A stretch of DNA of 30,481 bases, from positions 1 through 30,481 of the IMG/VR virus record IMGVR_UViG_3300012952_000077; one strand, given 5' to 3'. Position 1 is the stretch's first letter, and each line of letters starts with the position of its first letter. The notes under the pieces were generated by a model. The model searched no databases, had not been told where the DNA came from, and saw nothing but the letters and a program-made list of their open reading frames with translations. The position numbers and the translations under genes are program-made. Below, in pieces: positions 1-8,058 of this stretch. This DNA comes from a virus (Duplodnaviria > Caudoviricetes).

Positions 1-900
1 AACGAAGCACCTACTTTAGGATCGTCATTTACTGGATTCTACGTTGGTAAGATGCGTCAGTTAGATGATATATCATTTGAGTTTGATTCATTGAGATCTT
101 CCTTCAACCTTAAGCGTAGTGGTACATTCTACTCTATCGCACTGACTGAAGGTGTACAGGCAACTGAATCTATTATCGCAGATAACAATATTATTATCTC
201 ACTTAACGGTGTTATTCAGCAACCTGGAATCGGTTTTGAACTTGTTGGTTCTCGTGTCGTCTTCAAAGAAATTCCTCGTGTAGGATCTACATTTGTTGGT
301 TTCGCGTATATTGGTTCTGACGCTGACGTTACGCAGTCTGAAGTTGTTCCTCCAATTGAGGCAGGTGACCTTCTAGACATTCAAGGTGAAACAATTGACA
401 GAGAAGTTGCTGTTATTGAATCTTCTCAGACTCTGGTTACATTTGAATATATCGGATCTGTATTTGGTCGTGACGGACAAGGTGAAGCAGTTACTCTATC
501 CAATAGATTGGATGGTGTTCAGGTAACTAATCCTGGATCTGGATATACCTCACGTCCAGTTGTTAGAGTTGATAGTGCATCTGGTTTTGATGGTGCAGTT
601 AAAGCACTGGTTGGAATCAGTCGTGTTGATACAAACGCTGTTGGTTCTGGTTACAAGTATCCAAATGTAGATATTACAAATACTGTGGCAGATGATTATG
701 TCGCACCAAACCCAGCTGATTATGGTGAGGAAGCAATTTATAAAGAAGAGATTATTGACACTGACGTAGTTAATGTTACACCTGATAATCTATCTCAAGT
801 AAATAGTGGTGACATTCCTGGTCACGGTGATTCACCTGCTGCAACAGGAACTACTTTAACATCCTTTGAAATTACATCTATCTGGTCAAGTACACCATAA
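1..900 (+). CDS. gp7: C-terminal part of giant baseplate wedge protein (cyanophage gp7-like), 5'-truncated by window edge
   Basis: Frame is open from base 1 (NEAPTLGSSFTGFYVGKMRQ...), so Met at 52 is internal. LDDISFEFD..FNL, IISLNGVIQQPG, FKEIP..GSTFVGFAYIGS and VTNPGSGYTS motifs resemble cyanomyovirus gp7 C-termini; lies upstream of gp8. Confidence 0.7.
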   Translation, partial: NEAPTLGSSFTGFYVGKMRQLDDISFEFDSLRSSFNLKRSGTFYSIALTEGVQATESIIADNNIIISLNGVIQQPGIGFELVGSRVVFKEIPRVGSTFVGFAYIGSDADVTQSEVVPPIEAGDLLDIQGETIDREVAVIESSQTLVTFEYIGSVFGRDGQGEAVTLSNRLDGVQVTNPGSGYTSRPVVRVDSASGFDGAVKALVGISRVDTNAVGSGYKYPNVDITNTVADDYVAPNPADYGEEAIYKEEIIDTDVVNVTPDNLSQVNSGDIPGHGDSPAATGTTLTSFEITSIWSSTP

Positions 901-903
901 ATA
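896..903 (+). promoter_or_regulatory. T4-type late promoter CATAAATA
   Basis: 7/8 match to T4 gp55 consensus TATAAATA; contains the gp7 stop codon TAA (898-900); next ATG at 910. Confidence 0.6.
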
Positions 904-909
904 TTAACT

Positions 910-1764
910 ATGCCAGCTTCTACTACTACTGCATCTATTTCTGAAGGAGTCTTGACTGTAACTAGCAATGGACTCCCAGACCCTGCTTTGGCAGGTGAAC
1001 CATTGGGTTCTGGAAATTTTCCAAATAGTCCCAATAACATCTCTGCTCAAACTTATAATTATGAGTTTACTTACAGAGGTGGAACTAATACTTCCAGTCC
1101 ACAAGCAGCAACTTTTGGTGCTTTGGGTATAGCACTTAACGGTGTTATACTTGCTGCTCCTACAGCAGCAGACGGACCTCTGCCTGGCACTGATGATGCA
1201 CTACCTACTAATTTCCAATGGAATGCAGTATATAATGGTACTTCATATGGTGTAGATAAGTGTGGTGGTCATCCAGAACAGAACGGTTCATATCATTATC
1301 ATTCAGGTGAATTTTTAGTAAACTGTTGGGCTAACGGTATTGTTCAGTCTAATAGTTACTTTAGTTCCTCTCATTATGAAGGTAATTATTTTAGACATCC
1401 CGATGGTCATTCTAAGATTGTTGGAACATGTTTTGATGGTTATCCTGTATACGGACCTTTTGGTTATAAGATTTCTGATGATAATGATTCAGGAACTAAA
1501 AGATTGGCAAGTTCTTATAGAGTACTAACAACTCCTCCTGCTGGCAGAAACTATAGTTATGCCCAGAAATTTGCAGGTACTTTTGTACAGGACTATGAAT
1601 ATGTAAATGGTTTAGGAGACCTTGATATTAATAATGGTAGATTTGCAGTCACTCCTGAATTTCCAGGTGGTACTTGGGCATATTACATAACTTTAGACGA
1701 AGATAACAAACCAGTCTACCCATATGTCTTCGGTCCTCAAACCAAACAACAACGTCCCTCATAA
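910..1764 (+). CDS. YHYH-domain protein (284 aa)
   Basis: SNGLPD, GIALNGV, DKCGGHP, YHYH (1291-1302), GHSKIVG..FDGYPVYGPFGY, DYEY..GLGDLD..NGR..VTPEFP.GT.AYY motifs typical of the YHYH family. Confidence 0.85.
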   Translation: MPASTTTASISEGVLTVTSNGLPDPALAGEPLGSGNFPNSPNNISAQTYNYEFTYRGGTNTSSPQAATFGALGIALNGVILAAPTAADGPLPGTDDALPTNFQWNAVYNGTSYGVDKCGGHPEQNGSYHYHSGEFLVNCWANGIVQSNSYFSSSHYEGNYFRHPDGHSKIVGTCFDGYPVYGPFGYKISDDNDSGTKRLASSYRVLTTPPAGRNYSYAQKFAGTFVQDYEYVNGLGDLDINNGRFAVTPEFPGGTWAYYITLDEDNKPVYPYVFGPQTKQQRPS

Positions 1765-1767
1765 ATA
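1760..1767 (+). promoter_or_regulatory. T4-type late promoter CATAAATA
   Basis: Overlaps stop codon TAA 1762-1764; 17 nt before ATG 1785. Confidence 0.7.
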
Positions 1768-1784
1768 ACTAAAAACTAGGTCTA

Positions 1785-2969
1785 ATGGCAAAACAACTAC
1801 TAGCACTTGGAACTTCCGCTAACGATGGCACTGGTGATTCACTCCGTGCTGGTGGTGACAAGATTAACGACAATTTTACTGAATTATATGATTCTTTAGG
1901 TGGTTCTTCAGGTGCTCAAAACTTATTGGTTAATACTGCTTCACCCAGTGCAGGTGATGCTTTAACATGGAATGGTACAGCATTTGCACCAGGTCAACCT
2001 ACTAACAAGAATATTCTTGAACAGAATTTAAACGTAAATGGTTACAACATTGTATCATCTGGTAATGGTAATGTTGTAATCCAATCAGATGGTACTGGCG
2101 ATATAATGTTGAGAAACGGTACTAATGCTACCGATACTATCATTGATGGTCTTGATGGATTCCTTAAGTGGAATGCTCCTTATGTTGCAGCAGTAAACCT
2201 TCCTGCCTATGGAACATATACTGGAATGTTTGCATACCTTAATGATACTAAGAAAGCATACTTCTCTTGTGATACAGCATGGAGAGAACTTCTAGATACT
2301 ACTAACTCTAGACTACAGGACATTGGTACTGTACAAGACACGACTTATGCAGACGGGGAAGTTCCTACCTGGAATGCAGCAAACGGTGAGTTTAGACCTG
2401 GAACTGGTGGCGGGGCTGGCGGTGGTAATATATTTGCAACATTTAATGCTGACACTGGAAGTACAACTGCTCTTGGAGCAACTGATACTTTAACAGTTAC
2501 TGGTGGTACAGATATAACAACCAGTATTACTGGTGACACTTTAACAATTAATTACGCTGGATCTGGTGGATTCTCTTATTCAGGAACTGGTGTAAGTGAA
2601 GGTGACATGTTAATGTTTGATGGCTTTGACTGGATTCCAGTTTCTGCTCCATGCATAACATGGTTACTTGGTAATGATGGTACTAACTCTCATTATACCT
2701 TTACTGGATCAGGATTCCCTAACACTACTAATGATCCTATCCTATACCTAACAAGAGGACATGTCTACAGATTTAAGAACGATTCACAATATACTATTCA
2801 TCCATTTGAAATTCGTCAATCTGCTGGAGGAAATGCTTACACTGCTGGTGTAGGAAGTGATGGTGCTGGAACAACTACATTTACTGTTCCTATGGATGCA
2901 CCTGCAACTCTTTATTATCAATGTGCAAACCACCCATCAATGGGTAATCAAATCGTAGTTGTGACCTAA
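1785..2969 (+). CDS. Putative virion protein with T4 gp9/gp10-like N-terminus and C-terminal cupredoxin-like module (394 aa)
   Basis: N-terminus MAKQ...GTSANDGTGDSLRAGGDKINDNFTELY resembles the gp9/gp10 baseplate attachment motif; GDALTWNG / GEVPTWN / GDMLMFDG fibre-type repeats; ends HPF...LYYQCANHPSMG. Confidence 0.7.
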   Translation: MAKQLLALGTSANDGTGDSLRAGGDKINDNFTELYDSLGGSSGAQNLLVNTASPSAGDALTWNGTAFAPGQPTNKNILEQNLNVNGYNIVSSGNGNVVIQSDGTGDIMLRNGTNATDTIIDGLDGFLKWNAPYVAAVNLPAYGTYTGMFAYLNDTKKAYFSCDTAWRELLDTTNSRLQDIGTVQDTTYADGEVPTWNAANGEFRPGTGGGAGGGNIFATFNADTGSTTALGATDTLTVTGGTDITTSITGDTLTINYAGSGGFSYSGTGVSEGDMLMFDGFDWIPVSAPCITWLLGNDGTNSHYTFTGSGFPNTTNDPILYLTRGHVYRFKNDSQYTIHPFEIRQSAGGNAYTAGVGSDGAGTTTFTVPMDAPATLYYQCANHPSMGNQIVVVT

Positions 2970-2970
2970 T

Positions 2971-5900
2971 ATGCCAAGAACAGTACCTGGATCTGGAGCC
3001 GTTATTGAACCAATCTTTAATAGAGATTTTGGTGTAGATAGTGTTGTGGTTAAATCAGGTGGTAAAGATTATGATGCATCTGATCCGCCTCAACTAACTG
3101 TAACTAATTGTGGTACTCCAGAAAGTGCTGCTCTGTTATTTCCTATAATAGAAAGTGGTAAGATAACTCACGTACGAGTATTGACACCAGGTTCAGGATA
3201 TGATCCTCTTAGGGTTATTATTAATGCTAATCAAGATGATAGTTTAGTTGTTGATACATTTGACATTAGAAGTATATTAACTAGTGTATCTGCTTCTATT
3301 ACTACAGGTGCATTTGCAGGAGATAGGTTATCACTTCAATCTAATAATCTTCCAGATCCTGCTGGTTCTGGGATATTTCCTTCTACGTTTAATAACAACA
3401 ATATATTCGCACACTCATTCCTTCACAAGATAGTTTATCGTGGAGGTAAAGATGTACCTCAATTACCCCCAAATAATGATCCTGCTATTAAAGATAGAGG
3501 ATCTCTTACAGATTTAAACCAACAAAACAGCAGTCCTACAAAAGGACAAATTGGTTTGATGTCAAATGGTATTCCGATACTAACTCCCGATGGAGGAACT
3601 AATGGTACTCCTCCTACAGGATTTGCATTTGATGTTAATAAGACTAACTTCTATGATCATGATACTTATAATGGATATCCTAACAGTGATCATCTCTATA
3701 ACTATCAAGATGCTAAGGTAATTGATTCTTTTGGTTCTGGTCAAGGAGTCTTTGATATTAAGACTTACTATAGTGAGACTAATTTTGGTGGAGATAAATC
3801 ACGTCATGCCAATGGACACAGTAAAATTTTAGGTATATCATATGATGGATATCCGATATACGGTCCTTTTGGTTATACTACAGGATTAGATGATCAGTCT
3901 GCAATCAAAAGGATTGAGACTTCATATAGGTTTAGAACAGGTGTTGAGATTGATGGTAATAGAATACCAAGTAATACACCTACTTCAACAACTTATACTG
4001 TTACTGTTGCTGATTCTGGTAATGGTAATAAGTTTGTATTAAATGGAACTGAAGCACCAATTGAATTGATTGGTCGTGGAGATACAGTCACATTTAATCT
4101 AGATGATGCAAGTAACGTTGGACATCCTCTTTTAATAACAGATTTTGCTGGAGAAACAAACTTACAAGGTTGGCATGCAAGCACTCAAACTTTATATGAT
4201 AAAGATGTCCTATATGAACGTGGTGTCAAATATTACATTAATAATAGTGAGGTAACATACGCAGCATATCTTGCTAACTATGATGCTGCAACTAATAGAA
4301 AACTTGAGATAACAATTCCTTGGTTTGCTCCTAATAATCTTCACTACTTCTGTTACTTCCATGCTAACATGGGTAACAAGACTAATATTCTATACTATCC
4401 AGAAGGTACATTCATTGAAGATTACATCTATGAAGCTGCACTTGGAGATTTAGATACTCATAATGGTAGATATTGTGTAACTCCTGAGTATCCTGATGGA
4501 ACTTATGCTTACTTCTTAACCACAGCAAGTGGTGGTGAACCACAATATCCATATTGTATTGGTGATACTTTCTATAGTATACCTACTAAATTTGGAAATG
4601 ATACTCCTATAGTTCAACAAGAAGTACCTAGTGGTGCTAGAGCAGAAGTTATTCTTAGTGAAACTAATGCTGGTCAGGTTGAATATGTTAAGATGATTGC
4701 TGGTGGTGATGGATATTTTGGAGATGCTAGAGTAGATATTTTAGGTGGAGAGGGAACTGGTGCTACTGCTACTCCTGTTACTAAGTCTATTAGTGGTCTA
4801 TCATTAGAATCATCAGGATCAGGATACCTTTCACCTCCTACTTTATTCTTCCAAGGTGGTGGTGGACAAGGTGCTGAAGGAGTTGCAGATGTTGATTATT
4901 CTGGTATTGTTACTAATATAAATGTTGTTAATCCAGGTAGATTCTATCAAGATCCACCATATATTTACATCCAAGGTGGTGGTGGAGTTGGTGCAAAAGC
5001 AACTGCAAGAATTGAACAAGGTGAAGTTGTAGGTATTGATGTTACGGATCCAGGTAGAGGATATACTTCAGCACCTAATATTATATTCACTAAACTAGTT
5101 AATGTAAAAAGAAAGGTTAGGAATCGTCAGTCTTATAATGCTTCCAGTTTCTTCATTACTGGTCTTCAGAAATCTTTGGATACTAATACTGAAGAAGTTG
5201 TTGTAAAATCTACAGGAGCATTTCCTGGCTCTGGTAAGTTCATGATTGGTAGAGAGATCATTGAATATACTAGTAAAGATGCTAAGAGATTTTTAGGATG
5301 TACAAGAGGGACTAATTTTAGATTTGACCAGAGAGTTATTGTTGATGGTATTCAGAACGTTGATGGTGTATCAACATATGAGTTTAACGTTGGTGACAGA
5401 TTAGTTCGTAGAATTGAAAGTGCTAGTAATAAGGTTGCAGTAGTATATGACTGGAACCCAGTTAATAGGGAACTATTAATTGTATTCCAAGTTGATGAAT
5501 TAGCATTTATTGATGGTGGTGTTCCATCAACTACTATCAGAACAGTTGCTTTTGATGGTGGTACACCTGGTGCTTCTAGTAGTACTGAGTTACCACATAA
5601 CATAATTGATTCTATTGGTGATACAATTGTGGTCTATCAGTTAACTTTGACTGATAAGAAGTTTGAAGATGATGCTGAAAACTCAGGTGCAGGTGATGGT
5701 ATACCTGATGTTTTCAATACAGGAACTGACTTCGCTGACCAAATTAACCTTGATGGTGGTATACATAATTCATTATACGGTATTGAAGAAACCGTTGGTG
5801 GACAGAATACTACTATATTTGCTATAGGTGATCAGGTTAAAGATGCTTCAATACCATTTAAGTATTCAACTATTGAATCTGCTGGAGCATTAAGAGACGG

Positions 5901-6477
5901 AATTGAACATACTTCTAGAATAAGAGTGATACTATCAACTCTTGATACTAATAGTATTTCGTTTGTAGTGGGTGAGACTGTAACAGGTCAGAACTCTAAC
6001 ATTCAGGCAACTGTGGAATCATGGGAGCAAGCAACTAGAACTCTAGTTCTTATTAACCCAATTCCATACTTTACTAATAATGTTAACCTTGGAATACAGG
6101 GATACTTCTATGAGTTCTCTGCCGATTCCACTGTAACCCAAGTCAGAGTCCTTGATCCAGGACTTGATTATACTGCAACTCCTACTGTTTCAATTGAAAA
6201 TAGTGGTGAGATTCAGGCACAAGCAGTTGTTAATATGACATCTGACGGTGACCAAGTTGGATCATTAACTGTAACTAATGGTGGTTATGGTTATACAAAA
6301 CAAGTTACAGCAGGTACCCTGCATCCTACTGTTACGTTCACAAATGCAGGAATTGATACTACAGGAAGTGGTGCAGTCGCTGAGGTTATCCTTGGTGGAG
6401 AGAAGCTCGTTGGTGCGGGTGGTGCTTCTTGGAGAATAGAAAGTATAACTTACGATACAAGCATCCGCGACAACTAG
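2971..6477 (+). CDS. Large putative virion structural protein with GSGY beta-repeats, degenerate YHYH-like domain and cupredoxin-like insert (1168 aa)
   Basis: Multiple V..PGSGY...P.+ repeats; segment ~3328-4563 aligns by eye with the 910..1764 protein; located in the baseplate cluster. Confidence 0.75.
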   Translation: MPRTVPGSGAVIEPIFNRDFGVDSVVVKSGGKDYDASDPPQLTVTNCGTPESAALLFPIIESGKITHVRVLTPGSGYDPLRVIINANQDDSLVVDTFDIRSILTSVSASITTGAFAGDRLSLQSNNLPDPAGSGIFPSTFNNNNIFAHSFLHKIVYRGGKDVPQLPPNNDPAIKDRGSLTDLNQQNSSPTKGQIGLMSNGIPILTPDGGTNGTPPTGFAFDVNKTNFYDHDTYNGYPNSDHLYNYQDAKVIDSFGSGQGVFDIKTYYSETNFGGDKSRHANGHSKILGISYDGYPIYGPFGYTTGLDDQSAIKRIETSYRFRTGVEIDGNRIPSNTPTSTTYTVTVADSGNGNKFVLNGTEAPIELIGRGDTVTFNLDDASNVGHPLLITDFAGETNLQGWHASTQTLYDKDVLYERGVKYYINNSEVTYAAYLANYDAATNRKLEITIPWFAPNNLHYFCYFHANMGNKTNILYYPEGTFIEDYIYEAALGDLDTHNGRYCVTPEYPDGTYAYFLTTASGGEPQYPYCIGDTFYSIPTKFGNDTPIVQQEVPSGARAEVILSETNAGQVEYVKMIAGGDGYFGDARVDILGGEGTGATATPVTKSISGLSLESSGSGYLSPPTLFFQGGGGQGAEGVADVDYSGIVTNINVVNPGRFYQDPPYIYIQGGGGVGAKATARIEQGEVVGIDVTDPGRGYTSAPNIIFTKLVNVKRKVRNRQSYNASSFFITGLQKSLDTNTEEVVVKSTGAFPGSGKFMIGREIIEYTSKDAKRFLGCTRGTNFRFDQRVIVDGIQNVDGVSTYEFNVGDRLVRRIESASNKVAVVYDWNPVNRELLIVFQVDELAFIDGGVPSTTIRTVAFDGGTPGASSSTELPHNIIDSIGDTIVVYQLTLTDKKFEDDAENSGAGDGIPDVFNTGTDFADQINLDGGIHNSLYGIEETVGGQNTTIFAIGDQVKDASIPFKYSTIESAGALRDGIEHTSRIRVILSTLDTNSISFVVGETVTGQNSNIQATVESWEQATRTLVLINPIPYFTNNVNLGIQGYFYEFSADSTVTQVRVLDPGLDYTATPTVSIENSGEIQAQAVVNMTSDGDQVGSLTVTNGGYGYTKQVTAGTLHPTVTFTNAGIDTTGSGAVAEVILGGEKLVGAGGASWRIESITYDTSIRDN

Positions 6478-6485
6478 CATAAATA
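6478..6485 (+). promoter_or_regulatory. T4-type late promoter CATAAATA upstream of gp8
   Basis: Intergenic; followed by GGAGGA and ATG 6511. Confidence 0.75.
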
Positions 6486-6510
6486 AAACTGGAGGATTAA
6501 CTCTTAGACC

Positions 6511-8043
6511 ATGGCAGCACTATTAACTGACCAGTTCAGAATATTTACAGCACAGAAATTTATAAAATCACTAGAAGGACCTGATCCTCTTGCAAGTGAC
6601 ACAACTGCTGGCGACGATAGAGATCGTCTTTATATCTTTATTGGCCGTCCCCAAGAGTGGGACAACGAAAACTCACCACCACAAGCAGTTGATTCGTTTG
6701 ACGAATTTTCGGATGCCTACGATGATATGATGTCATTGAAACGTGTTCTTGCTGCCGACACGATTCAAGTTGTACGTCGTATTGACTGGATTCCCCCAGA
6801 GCAAACTACTGGTGGATTGGGTTACACATATGACATGTACCGTCATGATTTCTCACCAACTAACACAGCATCATCTGGTGCTACTAAGTTGTATGACTCT
6901 GATTTCTATGTCGTTAACTCCAATTACCAAGTTTATAAGTGTATCTACAACGGTACTAGTCCTAGTGACCCTAATGGTAAGCCTTCTACCGTTGAACCTA
7001 CTGGTACTTCTACATCCATCATCACTACTTCTGATGGGTATCGTTGGAAATATATGTACACTATCCCTGTTGCACAGGTTCTAAAGTTTTTCTCTGCTGA
7101 TTACATGCCTGTATTCAGCGATGCATCAGTTACTTCAAACGCTGTTGCTGGAGAGATTGATACTGTTATCATCACCTCTTCTGGTTCTGGTTACAACAAT
7201 GGTACATACGATAATGTTGCTATTGCTGGAGATGGAACTGGTGGACGTGTCTCCATCGTAGTTGATGGTGGTCGTGTTATATCTGCCACTGTGACATCTG
7301 GTGGTACTGGATATTCATTCGGTAAAGTAACAGTAGACGCTATTTCTGGTATTGGTACTGGAACTGGTGGTCAAATAGACGTTATCATTCCACCTCCAGG
7401 TGGTCATGGTAAAGACCCAGTAGTGGAAGTGGGTGCTTACCGTGTTATGGTTAACGCTAAACTATCATATGATGAAGGTGCTGGTGACTTCCCGATTGAT
7501 AACGACTATCGTCGTATTGGTCTCACCACCAATCCTAAGAAGTATGGTACTACCGAACTTCTTTCTGACCTAACTCTATCTGCTGCAAGAGCAGTTATAT
7601 TCCCTACAACTTTCCAAGGTAACTTTATCCCTGACGAAACGATTACACAAACTCGTATTGTCGGTGGTCAATCTGTTACTGCAACTGGTAAAGTTATCTC
7701 ATGGAATGCAACTACTAAAGTTCTTAAATATTATCAGAACAGAGTTGATGGTATTTTCCCAGCTGTAACTGGTTCATTGAACGAGTTTGATGGTTCTAAT
7801 GCCATACAGGGTTCATCATCTGGTGCTTCTGGCGACCCAGATGTAAACTTCCCAGCCGTTCCTAACACTTCTTCTCGTGTTATTAACAATACTGAGTATG
7901 ATCTCGGTATGAGATTTACCTCTGGTTATGCAAAACCTGAGATAGAGTCTAACTCTGGTAATATTATCTACATAGATAATAGACGTACCATTAGTCGTGC
8001 TAACGACCAAATTGAAGACATTAAGATCGTCATTGAATTCTAA
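6511..8043 (+). CDS. gp8: Baseplate wedge subunit gp8 (510 aa)
   Basis: LYIFIGRPQEW, VVRRIDW, YDMY, FYVVNS.YQVYKC, DGYRWKYMYTI, YRRIGL..NP and C-terminal SGNIIYIDNR..ISRANDQIEDIKIVIEF are characteristic of T4-like gp8. Confidence 0.92.
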   Translation: MAALLTDQFRIFTAQKFIKSLEGPDPLASDTTAGDDRDRLYIFIGRPQEWDNENSPPQAVDSFDEFSDAYDDMMSLKRVLAADTIQVVRRIDWIPPEQTTGGLGYTYDMYRHDFSPTNTASSGATKLYDSDFYVVNSNYQVYKCIYNGTSPSDPNGKPSTVEPTGTSTSIITTSDGYRWKYMYTIPVAQVLKFFSADYMPVFSDASVTSNAVAGEIDTVIITSSGSGYNNGTYDNVAIAGDGTGGRVSIVVDGGRVISATVTSGGTGYSFGKVTVDAISGIGTGTGGQIDVIIPPPGGHGKDPVVEVGAYRVMVNAKLSYDEGAGDFPIDNDYRRIGLTTNPKKYGTTELLSDLTLSAARAVIFPTTFQGNFIPDETITQTRIVGGQSVTATGKVISWNATTKVLKYYQNRVDGIFPAVTGSLNEFDGSNAIQGSSSGASGDPDVNFPAVPNTSSRVINNTEYDLGMRFTSGYAKPEIESNSGNIIYIDNRRTISRANDQIEDIKIVIEF

Positions 8044-8046
8044 ATA
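8039..8046 (+). promoter_or_regulatory. Possible late promoter variant TCTAAATA
   Basis: TAAATA core includes gp8 stop codon (8041-8043); 12 nt before ATG 8059. Confidence 0.45.
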
Positions 8047-8058
8047 TAAGTCCCTAAA

